Shown: positions 28,118 through 37,981 of the stretch, in pieces | Layout: each line of letters opens with the position of its first letter | Position numbering within the stretch: position 1 is the stretch's first letter | Virus record (IMG/VR): IMGVR_UViG_3300044695_007092 | Coordinates: 1 to 64,000 of that record | DNA: 64,000 bases | Source of the DNA: a virus | Direction: 5' to 3' (one strand) | Translations under genes and position numbers: made by a program | The notes under the pieces: generated by a model | What the model saw: only the letters and a program-made list of their open reading frames with translations | The model's database searches: none | What the model was told of the DNA's origin: nothing

Positions 28118-29017
28118 ATGAAACAACAAAGGCTGGTTTATAGATTCTACAGAGCTTGCTTTTATAGACGTTTAAATGAACTAGTAAATAAAGGACCTAA
28201 GCCAGAAAGAGGGACCTTACTACAAAGCTATATCTTGCGAAGGGCTAGAAAGATAAAGCTTTTTAAAAGGCTGTTCAAGCATGACCCGGTCTTAGGCGAG
28301 AAATACAAGTATCTATGTTATTCTTTGACTAAATGTAAACTTCCAATGTACCTAAACGTTAAAGGTTACAAGAAACAATTAACTAAAAAAGACGTATCCG
28401 GTAATCCAGTATACTGCAGTAAGACAAGATTCTGCGGTCATTGCTGGATTAGAACTACGTGTAGGTCTTTTGTAAAAATGGTAAAAGCTATGCCGACTAC
28501 TGACGGTTATATTTACGCCTATAAGTCTAAAGTATCCCTAATAGACGCAGACGCAAGTACCTACTCTATAATTAATGAATGCCGTGATATGTTTACCAAA
28601 CGTCATAAGTTCTCATCTTACAAGCTAAAGAGGGCCGGTATTCTCGGTATAAGCGAGACCTTATGTGTATACCCTATAGTTGCAAATAATAAAAAGGTAT
28701 TCGCCCTAGAGCTTAGGCAAATAGCTTATTGTCATCCTGCATCAATTTTTGCTCTGGCTGCTACTTCAAAGTCTGATAAGATTTTTGGTTCAGCATCTAT
28801 AGATTTTTGCAGCTTTCCAGCAAACTATATGAAGGCAGGAGTCGCCACTCAGATTAAACTTGATACAATTTTAAAAAGGATTAGGCTTACAAGAAGATCT
28901 GGAATAATGTACAACCCCGAAGGTGCAAAAGTGGATACGTCTCCACCAATTGATATCGACGGGGCCGGTGAGCCGGGACCACTAGGGTGGGAGGGGGTAG
29001 GCCCGCTAGGGCCTTAG
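28118..29017 (+). CDS. Basic protein with Rep_1/IS91-like Cys cluster (possibly a degenerate HUH Rep)
   Basis: LTKC...YCSKTRFCGHCWIR. No H-U-H motif visible. Confidence 0.45.
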   Translation: MKQQRLVYRFYRACFYRRLNELVNKGPKPERGTLLQSYILRRARKIKLFKRLFKHDPVLGEKYKYLCYSLTKCKLPMYLNVKGYKKQLTKKDVSGNPVYCSKTRFCGHCWIRTTCRSFVKMVKAMPTTDGYIYAYKSKVSLIDADASTYSIINECRDMFTKRHKFSSYKLKRAGILGISETLCVYPIVANNKKVFALELRQIAYCHPASIFALAATSKSDKIFGSASIDFCSFPANYMKAGVATQIKLDTILKRIRLTRRSGIMYNPEGAKVDTSPPIDIDGAGEPGPLGWEGVGPLGP

Positions 29018-29054
29018 GATTGGCCAGAGTCGACTCCGACAATATTAAAACCTT

Positions 29055-29531
29055 ATGTTAAGGAAGATTAAGGAAAATAATATGGTAAAGGAAGTTAAGT
29101 TAAAGTCTTATATTATACTAGTTCCGCCTGTATTTGGATCCAAGGTATTCGTACCTTCGAAGTATCCAGCGCCAGGCGAAAGTTATAATCATAAGCAGAT
29201 GGTAGACGTTCTTACCATATTTGATAAGAGATGGAAGGCTGCGGGCTCTCCAGTAGATAGAGAGCCCTACGCCTTGTCTTCAAGTAAAGATGGTATTGTG
29301 GAAAATGATCCTTTAAGATTTACTCACGACCAGATTTATTCGGAAATGGCCGCAGACGCTTACATAGAGTCAGTTGCCGAAAAGGAGTCTTCAAACCTGC
29401 TACTTAAGGAATTACTTAGTTTAGACAACAGTTTTGATAGCGATGATGACATCGACATAGCGCCACATGGAGGTGGCAAAACGTGCGAAAGAAAAACAAC
29501 AAACAAAAGAAGTTCGATAAGGAAAAAGTAG
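29055..29531 (+). CDS. Hypothetical protein
   Basis: 158-aa ORF. Confidence 0.55.
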   Translation: MLRKIKENNMVKEVKLKSYIILVPPVFGSKVFVPSKYPAPGESYNHKQMVDVLTIFDKRWKAAGSPVDREPYALSSSKDGIVENDPLRFTHDQIYSEMAADAYIESVAEKESSNLLLKELLSLDNSFDSDDDIDIAPHGGGKTCERKTTNKRSSIRKK

Positions 29532-29722
29532 ATAAGCATAAGAAAAGATATCCTAACGGCGGTGTAAAAAAATGTTTACGCTGCGATAAAGATTTTCTTT
29601 CTAGTGACGTTATTACCAATAGGATATGCGTCGACTGCTCTAGGCATATAAGCAAAGAGTGGCTTCCAGACGTTTATAACTCTGGAGTTAATCCTTCACA
29701 GGACGTAGACGACTGGTTCTAG
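29483..29722 (+). CDS. Small Zn-finger protein
   Basis: CLRCDKDFLS....NRICVDC motif, GGAGG RBS. Confidence 0.65.
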   Translation: MRKKNNKQKKFDKEKVDKHKKRYPNGGVKKCLRCDKDFLSSDVITNRICVDCSRHISKEWLPDVYNSGVNPSQDVDDWF

Positions 29723-30382
29723 TCACCTATTGTGCCATAGGCTTTTATCAACAAGAAGACCGGCCATTGATATGGTCGTAGGGTCCTCTACTCCGCAGAA
29801 CGCTGCTATCTTACCAACGCAGTCTTTAGTGTTTGTCATAAGGTCTTCGTAGGTTACAGAAAGCGTAGGTATGCCGAGCTCCTCGGCCCACTTTAAAGAC
29901 TCTATCCTAGCTTCTTCATACCTGCTTATTATTTCGTAAGCCCTGTCGTACTCTACCTTAATTACCTTTTTCATACTCTCAGACGACAGGTGCAAAGGTC
30001 TAGACGTGCTTATTATTTTAAGTTCGCATGTTGAAGTTAAGTACTTGTGTAAGGTACTTATAAGAAACACCATTCTAGGATCTTTTACCCCCCATAGCTT
30101 CTGAACACATTTTTTTCTTACAAGGTTAATATATGCTGGTATTAGTAGGTCTTTATTTTTAGCAATAGGGTCGTCAAATAGATAAGGTATGGTTCCGTAC
30201 ATATGTCTGTGTATTTCTAGAAACTCCATATCTTCGTAAAAACCTTTTTCGTTATGCTCTCCTGCGACCATTAGTCTTGAGCCCATATTTACTCCTAACG
30301 AGTGAACAATGCCGGATAATACACTTGACCCTGACCTAGGTGTCGCTAATATAGCAAAACATGTACTGTTGTAGTCTGACAC
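29723..30382 (-). CDS. PAPS-dependent sulfotransferase family protein
   Basis: 5'-PSB loop TPRSGSS, N.KGFYED, WGVKDPR and YEDL motifs. Confidence 0.85.
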   Translation of the reverse strand: MSDYNSTCFAILATPRSGSSVLSGIVHSLGVNMGSRLMVAGEHNEKGFYEDMEFLEIHRHMYGTIPYLFDDPIAKNKDLLIPAYINLVRKKCVQKLWGVKDPRMVFLISTLHKYLTSTCELKIISTSRPLHLSSESMKKVIKVEYDRAYEIISRYEEARIESLKWAEELGIPTLSVTYEDLMTNTKDCVGKIAAFCGVEDPTTISMAGLLVDKSLWHNR

Positions 30383-30394
30383 GGGAACTCCTTT

Positions 30395-31207
30395 ATGACC
30401 TTAAAAAGAATAGCATTATTTACCATAATTCAGAACGAAGACTTCTTTCTAAACATATGGTTAGAGTATTACAAGAAGTATTTTCCAATAGAGGATATAT
30501 ACGTTCTTAATCATAACTCGACAATAGAGTCCTGTTTGAAAATTCTGAAGAGCGCAAAGGAATCAGGAGTAAACGTAATACCAGTACATAGGGACTTCAG
30601 CTTTGATCATGCTTGGCTTAGGACTACTGTTGAAAACTTTCAAAGATTTCTTCTAAAAAGTTATGACTATGTCATGTTTGTTGAGATAGATGAAATAGTT
30701 GCTCCAGACCCATCTCGTTACAAATTAGGAATACACCAGTACATATTAGACGCATTCAATGACAGTTCTGTTAATGTATTGAGGTGTGTCGGATTTAACG
30801 TAGAACACACTCCAGCTACTGAGCCTGATATGGATCTTAACTCTTTAGTATTATCTCAAAGATCAAAGTGGCGTAGGTCTTATATATACGATAAGCCACT
30901 AATATCTAATATTCCTCTTGAGTGGGTCAACGGTTTTCACTGGTTGACCACTATGAAGACACCACCAGTAAGACCAGATCTTATTCTTATTCATCTGCAC
31001 AAGATGGATTACGGCCTATGCAAGAAAAAACATGCAGAGTCTGCAAAAAGAAAATGGAGCAAGTACGATATTGAAACCTTACAAGGCGAGCATAATCGAA
31101 TCGATAGCGGGGCTGAATTTGAGCAATTCTTTTTTGGAGGTAACCGTCATCAAGAGGTTGATAACTATCTTGTAGACATACCTCCTCATTTTAAAGGAGT
31201 AGTGTAA
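30395..31207 (+). CDS. GT-A fold glycosyltransferase (GT2/GT92-like)
   Basis: FTIIQNEDFFLNIWLEYY, VLNHNST, FVEIDE, YDKP and GFH motifs. Confidence 0.8.
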   Translation: MTLKRIALFTIIQNEDFFLNIWLEYYKKYFPIEDIYVLNHNSTIESCLKILKSAKESGVNVIPVHRDFSFDHAWLRTTVENFQRFLLKSYDYVMFVEIDEIVAPDPSRYKLGIHQYILDAFNDSSVNVLRCVGFNVEHTPATEPDMDLNSLVLSQRSKWRRSYIYDKPLISNIPLEWVNGFHWLTTMKTPPVRPDLILIHLHKMDYGLCKKKHAESAKRKWSKYDIETLQGEHNRIDSGAEFEQFFFGGNRHQEVDNYLVDIPPHFKGVV

Positions 31208-32475
31208 TGGCGTCGGCATTAGACAAGGTTTTAATTTCTAACAAATGCATTGCAGGTACTCCTTTTACTTACGCGTCTCTTGTCATGCCTACATGTAGGT
31301 TAGATGCAACTGTTAACTTTTTTAGAGAGTGGTCTGAAAGCTTTAAAGATAGTCTAAACACCATACACATTGTGTACGACGGCCCCTCCTCGTCTATACC
31401 TGATAAAATTATACAGGACATAAAGTCATACAATATCAATACTTATATACACTCTTGGGACGCCTTATTCATAGGCGATAAAGTTGAAGATGATGTTGTA
31501 CGTAAGATGCCTGCAACTTTAGAAAGTCTAGAGGCCTTAGGTATTAAATGCTTTAGCAGAAAAGACTCAGCAATAAGGAGCTATGGTTTTCTCGTAGCTG
31601 CTACTTATGCAAAATTAAAGTCACATAATCGTCTACTTCCTGAAGACCATATCATATACACACTTGATGATGACTGCATGCCGCTATGTGACATCTCCGA
31701 AAATAAAACAAGTTTCTTTAATAAGCATGCAAACAACTTATTAAGTTTTGGATCCTGGTCTTCAACAGTTCCCGGAGTAAGGGTAAGAGGGCTCCCGTAC
31801 TATACTAAGAACAGATATAACTACAGTGTTAAAGATGTAGTAATGAGCATGGGTACTTGGAAGGGCATACCGGACTTTGACGCAGCTCAGAGACTATCTT
31901 TAGGAGAAGGATCTGACAAAGTCGAGCTTCCTCTGCTAATCGAATCAGTTATGGCTCACCCTGGAGTTTTATACCCTATATGCGGTATGAACCTAGCATT
32001 CAGGGCTAGCATGCTTCCTGCTGCTTTATTTGCTCCTATGGGTACGGCTTCTAATTACAAAAGATTTGATGATATATGGTTTGGTATATTTGCACAGGCT
32101 GTGTTATCGATATCTAAAAATAACTGGTGTTACGGCCAGCCTCTCATATATCATGCTAGGTTAAGCGGAGCCATGGATTGCTTGGTTGCAGAAGCGCCTG
32201 GAATAAGGCTCAACGAATCTCTATGGATGTACGTTAGGGACTCTATAGATAATTATGCAAAATGTGGTAATAGCTTTAGCTCTAATTCTATTATCAAAGC
32301 AGCTGAGTACGTAGTAAAAGCCATGTCCCATTACAAAGACACGGCTAATACTGTTTTTGAAAAATACGATAAAGAGTGCACAGACTACATAACACTATGG
32401 TGCGAGTGCTTAAGTAACTGGCTCTCTCTCACTGATAGATATGTTTTTTGTGATAAAGGCGTCATTAGCGCATAG
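31207..32475 (+). CDS. Reversibly glycosylated polypeptide / UDP-arabinopyranose mutase-like protein (GT75)
   Basis: DSAIRSYGFL, YTLDDDC, VRGLPY, GTWKGIPDFDA, PICGMNLAF and RFDDIWFG match the RGP family signatures. Confidence 0.8.
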   Translation: MASALDKVLISNKCIAGTPFTYASLVMPTCRLDATVNFFREWSESFKDSLNTIHIVYDGPSSSIPDKIIQDIKSYNINTYIHSWDALFIGDKVEDDVVRKMPATLESLEALGIKCFSRKDSAIRSYGFLVAATYAKLKSHNRLLPEDHIIYTLDDDCMPLCDISENKTSFFNKHANNLLSFGSWSSTVPGVRVRGLPYYTKNRYNYSVKDVVMSMGTWKGIPDFDAAQRLSLGEGSDKVELPLLIESVMAHPGVLYPICGMNLAFRASMLPAALFAPMGTASNYKRFDDIWFGIFAQAVLSISKNNWCYGQPLIYHARLSGAMDCLVAEAPGIRLNESLWMYVRDSIDNYAKCGNSFSSNSIIKAAEYVVKAMSHYKDTANTVFEKYDKECTDYITLWCECLSNWLSLTDRYVFCDKGVISA

Positions 32476-32613
32476 CTCTCCTCTTGCTATCCTAACGTTT
32501 TTAGGAGCAGTTATTCCTACTTTAACTTGGCTGTTACTTATCCTAGTAATAACTATAGATATATCGTTATTTATCCTTATGGTTTCTCCTAGCCGTCTTG
32601 AAACTACTAGCAT
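32410..32613 (-). CDS. csrA: Carbon storage regulator CsrA/RsmA homologue
   Basis: MLVVSRRLGETIRINNDISIVITRISNSQVKVGITAPKNVRIARGEL, AGGAGG RBS. Confidence 0.92.
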   Translation of the reverse strand: MLVVSRRLGETIRINNDISIVITRISNSQVKVGITAPKNVRIARGELCANDAFITKNISISEREPVT

Positions 32614-32710
32614 AAATCCTCCTTAATTGGTAATAGGGTTCTATATATTTTGTATCGATGTCATATAAAATTTCAACTAGTTATTTAACATATTTTTGAT
32701 TGGAGATTGA

Positions 32711-33433
32711 ATGCGTAAAATGCCAGCTAAAGCAAGACATCCTAAGCTAGACGAGGCTTGGGAAAAATACCAAAATTTGATCAGATGGTGGGCAGCTAAG
32801 CTAAATAAGTGGTACAGTAGACTAACTAGAACAAAAGTAAATGACACAGGTTCGATAATATCGTATCTGTTCTTAAAGCTAAATAATGCTCTCTGGCTAT
32901 GGGATCCTAAAAGAGGAATTAAATTCAGCACATACTTTTCAGCTCATATCCACTTTCAGTTCAGAATTCATTATCTAAGATTTGAATCAGACAAAGAAAG
33001 TGCCAGCTTTGTAAATAGATTCTCGCGTAATAAAACATCATTCAAGTGCAGAGTATACCACGAAACTTTACTACTTCGCTATTGGGGCGAGGGTAGAAAA
33101 GAGTCAGGCTTTATTTCTGCATATCTTGATATAGAGCACAAAGATAGAAAAGACTATTACAACTGGGTACACGATCTTATAGAAGAACTGGGAGGTGTAG
33201 AGAAAGCATGGAAAATCTTTACTATGACCATAAATAAAAGATCGGCAGATATACTTCATCGTAGGTTTGTACTAGGTGAAACCCTAGAACAAATAGGCAG
33301 GCATTACAAGGTTACAAGAGAAAGGATACGACAACTAGAATTCTTAGCAATGATGTCTTTAAAGGACAAATTTAAAAACAACAAAAAGCTAGAGGCTCTA
33401 GTAAAACGGTACGGTTTAGCTATCAAAGATTAA
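32711..33433 (+). CDS. Sigma-70 family RNA polymerase sigma factor
   Basis: Region 2 WDPKRGIKFSTY and region 4 TLEQIGRHYKVTRERIRQLE. Confidence 0.85.
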   Translation: MRKMPAKARHPKLDEAWEKYQNLIRWWAAKLNKWYSRLTRTKVNDTGSIISYLFLKLNNALWLWDPKRGIKFSTYFSAHIHFQFRIHYLRFESDKESASFVNRFSRNKTSFKCRVYHETLLLRYWGEGRKESGFISAYLDIEHKDRKDYYNWVHDLIEELGGVEKAWKIFTMTINKRSADILHRRFVLGETLEQIGRHYKVTRERIRQLEFLAMMSLKDKFKNNKKLEALVKRYGLAIKD

Positions 33434-33487
33434 TCCTAGTAATTGATTGTAAATACTGATATCACATACTTTTAAATTGGAGATTCA

Positions 33488-34648
33488 ATGACTGACCTTC
33501 TTAATAATATTAAGTTTACATCAAAGCCCATAGCAGTAATTAGCTCAGACTGGCACATGGCCTTAAATGCCTGGAAGAAACATCCAGGCATAAAAGGAGA
33601 TGCAGAGTTTTCTCTTTCTCAGACCGTAGACATAGCTACTCATCTTGGAGTTCCTATCATAGGGGCTGGAGATCTATTTGATGTTAAGACTCCCGATTCG
33701 TATTCCGTCAGCGCCGTAGCTAGACAGATGGCTAGAATGCACGAAAAAGGGCTTCCTGTCTATTACGTTCAAGGTCAGCATGAGATGTCTGACCCGGCAT
33801 GGATGAGCTTGTTTCCAGGCTGTCATAATGCTCATGACAAGAACTTTACGATAGGCAGTATAAGCTTTTTTGGGTACGACTACTTTTTACCAAAGTCTGT
33901 AGAGGATTCCTACAACCGGTTCAAGCCGGCTGATATATTAATAACGCATCAAGTATGGTCCGAGCTTCTTCCCAGGCACGGCCAAAGCTTTTGTTGCTCA
34001 TACAGCTTGATATCACAGAACAACACATATAAAGCGATAGTCAGTGGAGACTATCATTCCCACTTCAAAGACACCATCTACAACACAGGGTGCCTCTTTG
34101 TATCTCCTGGCAGTTCATGTCTGCAAGACATGAATGAATCCCCAAATAAAGCCATATGGGTTCTAACTGAAAGCATGGAGTTTATCTCTGTACCTATAAA
34201 GGCAAGAAGACTGACCAATGTAGTTATACAGTCTGATAACGACTTATTTGTATCTGTCAGTCTTGCCGATAGCCTTGTGGAGGACGCCTTTCCTAACGGA
34301 ATAGGTAAGCCTATCGTAAGGGTTAAATACAATACAGAAATAAAGAACGTTTACGCTGCCATGAATAATGCATACAAAGATAAAGCCTACTTAGACTTTA
34401 AGCCTATCATGGAGGACGACATCACGGACGAGCCTATTGAGCACCACCCGATAAAACTCATAACAAGCTCAGCAGATGAGATATTTTGCGAGTCTTTAGA
34501 GGAATGCCTTCCTTCTAATCATAGAGGACTGTCAGACATAGTAAGAATATGGAGGACATCTAATCTTGATGAGCTAAGGAAAGAAATATCAACAATAGCC
34601 GATGAAATAAAAAATATTGATAAAACTGAACAACTGGGGGCCAAATGA
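33488..34648 (+). CDS. SbcD/Mre11-like metallophosphoesterase nuclease
   Basis: SDWH, GAGDLFD, GQHE, THQ, GDYH and SPGS motifs. Directly upstream of SbcC. Confidence 0.88.
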   Translation: MTDLLNNIKFTSKPIAVISSDWHMALNAWKKHPGIKGDAEFSLSQTVDIATHLGVPIIGAGDLFDVKTPDSYSVSAVARQMARMHEKGLPVYYVQGQHEMSDPAWMSLFPGCHNAHDKNFTIGSISFFGYDYFLPKSVEDSYNRFKPADILITHQVWSELLPRHGQSFCCSYSLISQNNTYKAIVSGDYHSHFKDTIYNTGCLFVSPGSSCLQDMNESPNKAIWVLTESMEFISVPIKARRLTNVVIQSDNDLFVSVSLADSLVEDAFPNGIGKPIVRVKYNTEIKNVYAAMNNAYKDKAYLDFKPIMEDDITDEPIEHHPIKLITSSADEIFCESLEECLPSNHRGLSDIVRIWRTSNLDELRKEISTIADEIKNIDKTEQLGAK

Positions 34649-36780
34649 AACTTGAAAGACTAAGGCTAAAAAACTTCTGTCAGCACAGAGAACTTGATTG
34701 GTCTTTTCCAAATGGAATTGTAGCCATACTTGGGCCTAATGGTTCTGGTAAATCAAATGCGGTCAAGGCGGCTTACGCTGCCTTGACTGGTGATTTCAAA
34801 AGGAATGAAGGTGTTATAACCGACAACATAAGTAAGACTTGTCTTGAAAAAGACGAGAGCTATGTTGAATTAACGTTTTCAACTAGTGGAAACGTCGCCA
34901 CTATTACTAGGCATTTAAGACCAAACAAAAGATCTTTGGTAATAAACGGAGGAAAGCCTATAACCTCCGAAAAAGATATAGCAGTAGCTATAGAGGGTCT
35001 AATAGGAATAAACAATGACATACTAAGCGACTATATCTTCGTAGATCAGTGGAAGATGTTCGAAGTGTTTACGGCTTCAAAATCTGAGAGGATGTCAGCG
35101 CTTCAATCTTTATACGGTCTTGGCAGGGCAGAGGTATGCTATGACGAGATATCAAAGATATCTGGAAAAATAAACATACAGATGCCGTCTGAGTCCATAG
35201 AAGATATACAAGCACACATTAGAGAGAAGAGCCTGTTGCTAAGTTCTCTTCAATTATCCATAGCGCCTATAAGCCATGAGTCAATGGACGACTCGCTTCT
35301 GCAGAACCGCCTAAAGGTTATAAGGCAGGTTAAATCGGACATGACTCAGATAGTTTCTATAAAGTCTAACTTAGAAAAAGCTAGCCTAAGGGTAAAGGAA
35401 CTGGAGGACGCAGTTCTGTTAGAGTCAGCGGCATCCATTCTTGATGGCTTTGCAAATATGGATGAGTTAAACTCTGCCTTAACAGAAATAGATAACAGCT
35501 TACGCATATGGCATGATATCGATAGGAAAAACGCCAGGAGATCAGAGATAGAAGCAGCCATAGCTTACTCTACTAAGAAGCTGGAGGATTTAGGTCCTGA
35601 ACCAGCAAAGCCGATTATGTATTACCCGTCTCACGGACCCGAGTTTAATTCTTACAACTCTTTAATAGGATCGCTTGAATCCAAAGTTTCTTGTCTATCT
35701 GAACTTAAAGGTAAGAATGAATGCCCTATATGCAAGTCGTCTGGTGACGTCTTGGTAGAAGCCACAAAGCTACTTAACGATTCAATAGAAGAATTAGCCC
35801 CTATTGTTGCAGCCATGAAGAAGGCATACGAAGACAGTAGAAACTATGACTCTATACTAAGAGTCTACAGCGAAAAGCACGCAAGACTTAAAGTCAGCGT
35901 GGACCGTGATAGTGAAGACCTAGTTGAGTTATCTAAAATAGAAATAGCTGAGCCAGTAAAAAGCAAAAACCTATGCATTTCTGAGAACGTTAGACTTACC
36001 ACTATAAGAGGAAAGTACTTGTCAGCTCTAGAAAAGTTGTCAGAGCTGACATCCAATATAGCCTTTTATAAAGGGCAGGTAGACACTATGTCTGAGCAGG
36101 TAGCTAAGCTGGAGGTTGCGTGCAAAGGCTTTGATGATATCCAAGAATGCGCTGCGCTAGAGGAAAAGATAGTAGGCGATATAGCCACAGCTACGGCTAA
36201 CAAAGAAAAGTACATAAGGTCTGAGGAAGCTATAAAGGGCTGTATTGAAACAATAGATATGTTAGAGAAAAGAAGGAACAGAATATCTTTGGACCTGGAC
36301 GAGGCAAGGGTTAATATCGGTATTAAGGATCACCTAGAGACTCTAAAGGATGTTCTTCATAGATCTAACCTTCCTAGGAAGGTTGCCGTCAACTATCTAA
36401 AGCAGACCGTTGCTAAGATGAATGGTTACCTTGAAGATTTTAACGCAGTGTTCAGAGTCTACTCTGATGACGAGCTAGTATTCTGGGCTAAGTTTAATGA
36501 CGGTAGAGAGTTGCCGGCCTCAAGGTTATCTGGTGGTGAGAACGGTTTACTGTCCATGGCATTTAGATTGGCAGTACAGTTTGGTGTAGCTGCTAGTGTA
36601 AATCTTTTAGTTTTGGACGAACCCACTGTCGGACTTGATGATGATAACGTAGAATGTCTTGAGACTGCATTTAATAGACTGCGAGCTATGGCTAAATCAT
36701 CTGGCATGCAGGTGTTAATTGTCAGCCACGAAAAGGCTATTGAGAGAATGTGTGACCATACGCTATCACTATATAGGTGA
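34645..36780 (+). CDS. SbcC/Rad50-like SMC ATPase
   Basis: GPNGSGKS, coiled coils, zinc hook CPIC, LSGGE, LVLDEPT and IVSH. Confidence 0.92.
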   Translation: MKLERLRLKNFCQHRELDWSFPNGIVAILGPNGSGKSNAVKAAYAALTGDFKRNEGVITDNISKTCLEKDESYVELTFSTSGNVATITRHLRPNKRSLVINGGKPITSEKDIAVAIEGLIGINNDILSDYIFVDQWKMFEVFTASKSERMSALQSLYGLGRAEVCYDEISKISGKINIQMPSESIEDIQAHIREKSLLLSSLQLSIAPISHESMDDSLLQNRLKVIRQVKSDMTQIVSIKSNLEKASLRVKELEDAVLLESAASILDGFANMDELNSALTEIDNSLRIWHDIDRKNARRSEIEAAIAYSTKKLEDLGPEPAKPIMYYPSHGPEFNSYNSLIGSLESKVSCLSELKGKNECPICKSSGDVLVEATKLLNDSIEELAPIVAAMKKAYEDSRNYDSILRVYSEKHARLKVSVDRDSEDLVELSKIEIAEPVKSKNLCISENVRLTTIRGKYLSALEKLSELTSNIAFYKGQVDTMSEQVAKLEVACKGFDDIQECAALEEKIVGDIATATANKEKYIRSEEAIKGCIETIDMLEKRRNRISLDLDEARVNIGIKDHLETLKDVLHRSNLPRKVAVNYLKQTVAKMNGYLEDFNAVFRVYSDDELVFWAKFNDGRELPASRLSGGENGLLSMAFRLAVQFGVAASVNLLVLDEPTVGLDDDNVECLETAFNRLRAMAKSSGMQVLIVSHEKAIERMCDHTLSLYR

Positions 36781-36783
36781 TTA

Positions 36784-37785
36784 ATGACAAAGCTGATTGA
36801 TAGTTCCTACTTGAAGGTGACTTCAAACGAGGAAGGTGGTATATGGATTATAGATGGCGACAAGATGCCCAAAAAGATGGATATCAAAGTCGACGAGTTT
36901 GTAGAAGATGTTGTGGGCTCTAACAAATATAAATTTGTTAGAGTCCTAGCATCACCTGTTAACTATAACCTAATAACAAAGCTTTACACTTTGAAAGAGA
37001 AAGGACACGTCGAGTCCTTACAACTGGCCACCCCAGCTCTTATGCAGTCAAATCGGCCGGAGAGTTCTTTACTTCGAATGAGGCTGTGTACTTTACCTGC
37101 TTCTCTTGGAGGCTTTCATGAGGCTACTGATGACGACTTCACTATATACACTATGGCCCGACTAGCTCGAATTCTAAGGTCTATAGAAATAAAGATGCTA
37201 GATTGCGGCAACCACATACCATTAAAGTTAGAGAGAGAATACAAGAAGGTATGTTCTGTGATGATTGATACTTTAAATACTCATCCAGTATGGCAGTACA
37301 TTAGTTTTATAGACTCTATAGATCCTGTGATAGCCGGAGTTGTTCTAGCAAACATAGGCGACCCTAGGTGGTTTGTTAACCCAGACAAGCCAGACAGGCT
37401 ATCAAGGATGTACTCTTGGATGGGCCTGGCAGGTGAGCATAACTGCCCTGACAAGATGTACAGAAAAAATTCAACCATGCTTTGTTGGTACGGCGGTAAT
37501 TACGGTGGATTTGTTGAGTACAAGGACTTTCCAACAATAGTAAAAGATAAACTTAGCGACCCAGCCTGTTTTATATTAAAGCACGCTTATGACACTTGGG
37601 GCCCAGAACATGCGGTATGGCCTAGAGAGAAGATATCTAAGTATTTGATTAAGTTCATAAGACTAGCGTGGCTTGATTGCATATACCCCTACCCAAATCC
37701 TTGGATGGAGGGTCTGTTTGACTACCGTACTTTCTTTAAATCAAGCAAAGACCTTAAAGAGTTTACTAATTTTATTGAAAAATAA
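36784..37785 (+). CDS. IS110-transposase/Nop-domain-like protein lacking catalytic motifs
   Basis: ISFIDSIDPVIAGVVLANIGDPRWF..RMYSWMGL resembles the IS110 Transposase_20 motif (L.SIPGIG..A..LAEIGD..RF..L.AY.GL). No N-terminal GID/DEDD and no SG serine loop. Confidence 0.55.
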   Translation: MTKLIDSSYLKVTSNEEGGIWIIDGDKMPKKMDIKVDEFVEDVVGSNKYKFVRVLASPVNYNLITKLYTLKEKGHVESLQLATPALMQSNRPESSLLRMRLCTLPASLGGFHEATDDDFTIYTMARLARILRSIEIKMLDCGNHIPLKLEREYKKVCSVMIDTLNTHPVWQYISFIDSIDPVIAGVVLANIGDPRWFVNPDKPDRLSRMYSWMGLAGEHNCPDKMYRKNSTMLCWYGGNYGGFVEYKDFPTIVKDKLSDPACFILKHAYDTWGPEHAVWPREKISKYLIKFIRLAWLDCIYPYPNPWMEGLFDYRTFFKSSKDLKEFTNFIEK

Positions 37786-37901
37786 ATAGACGTAACCTGT
37801 TACGTGTACAGGCCTTTTCATCTCTTTACTAATAAACTTTAATTTCGCAGATTGACTGTTTAAATCTATCGAAATAGAATGCCAAACGAGACGAATATTA
37901 A

Positions 37902-37981
37902 AATAAAAATCCCCGACTGAAGGCAATCAGTCAGGGATCATTTAACACCGCATTACGGGGCGGTGCAGTAAACACTGCATC
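37902..37981 (-). ncRNA. Putative ~80-nt small RNA
   Basis: Upstream TTGACT-N16-TAGACT (38010-37983). Two overlapping small hairpins, then the terminator atccctgactga-ttgcct-tcagtcggggat-ttttatttt. Confidence 0.55.

Noticed and set aside
36784-37785. Active IS110 insertion sequence
   Set aside because: The DEDD and serine motifs are absent, and the gene is tightly coupled in the SbcCD operon with no upstream non-coding end.
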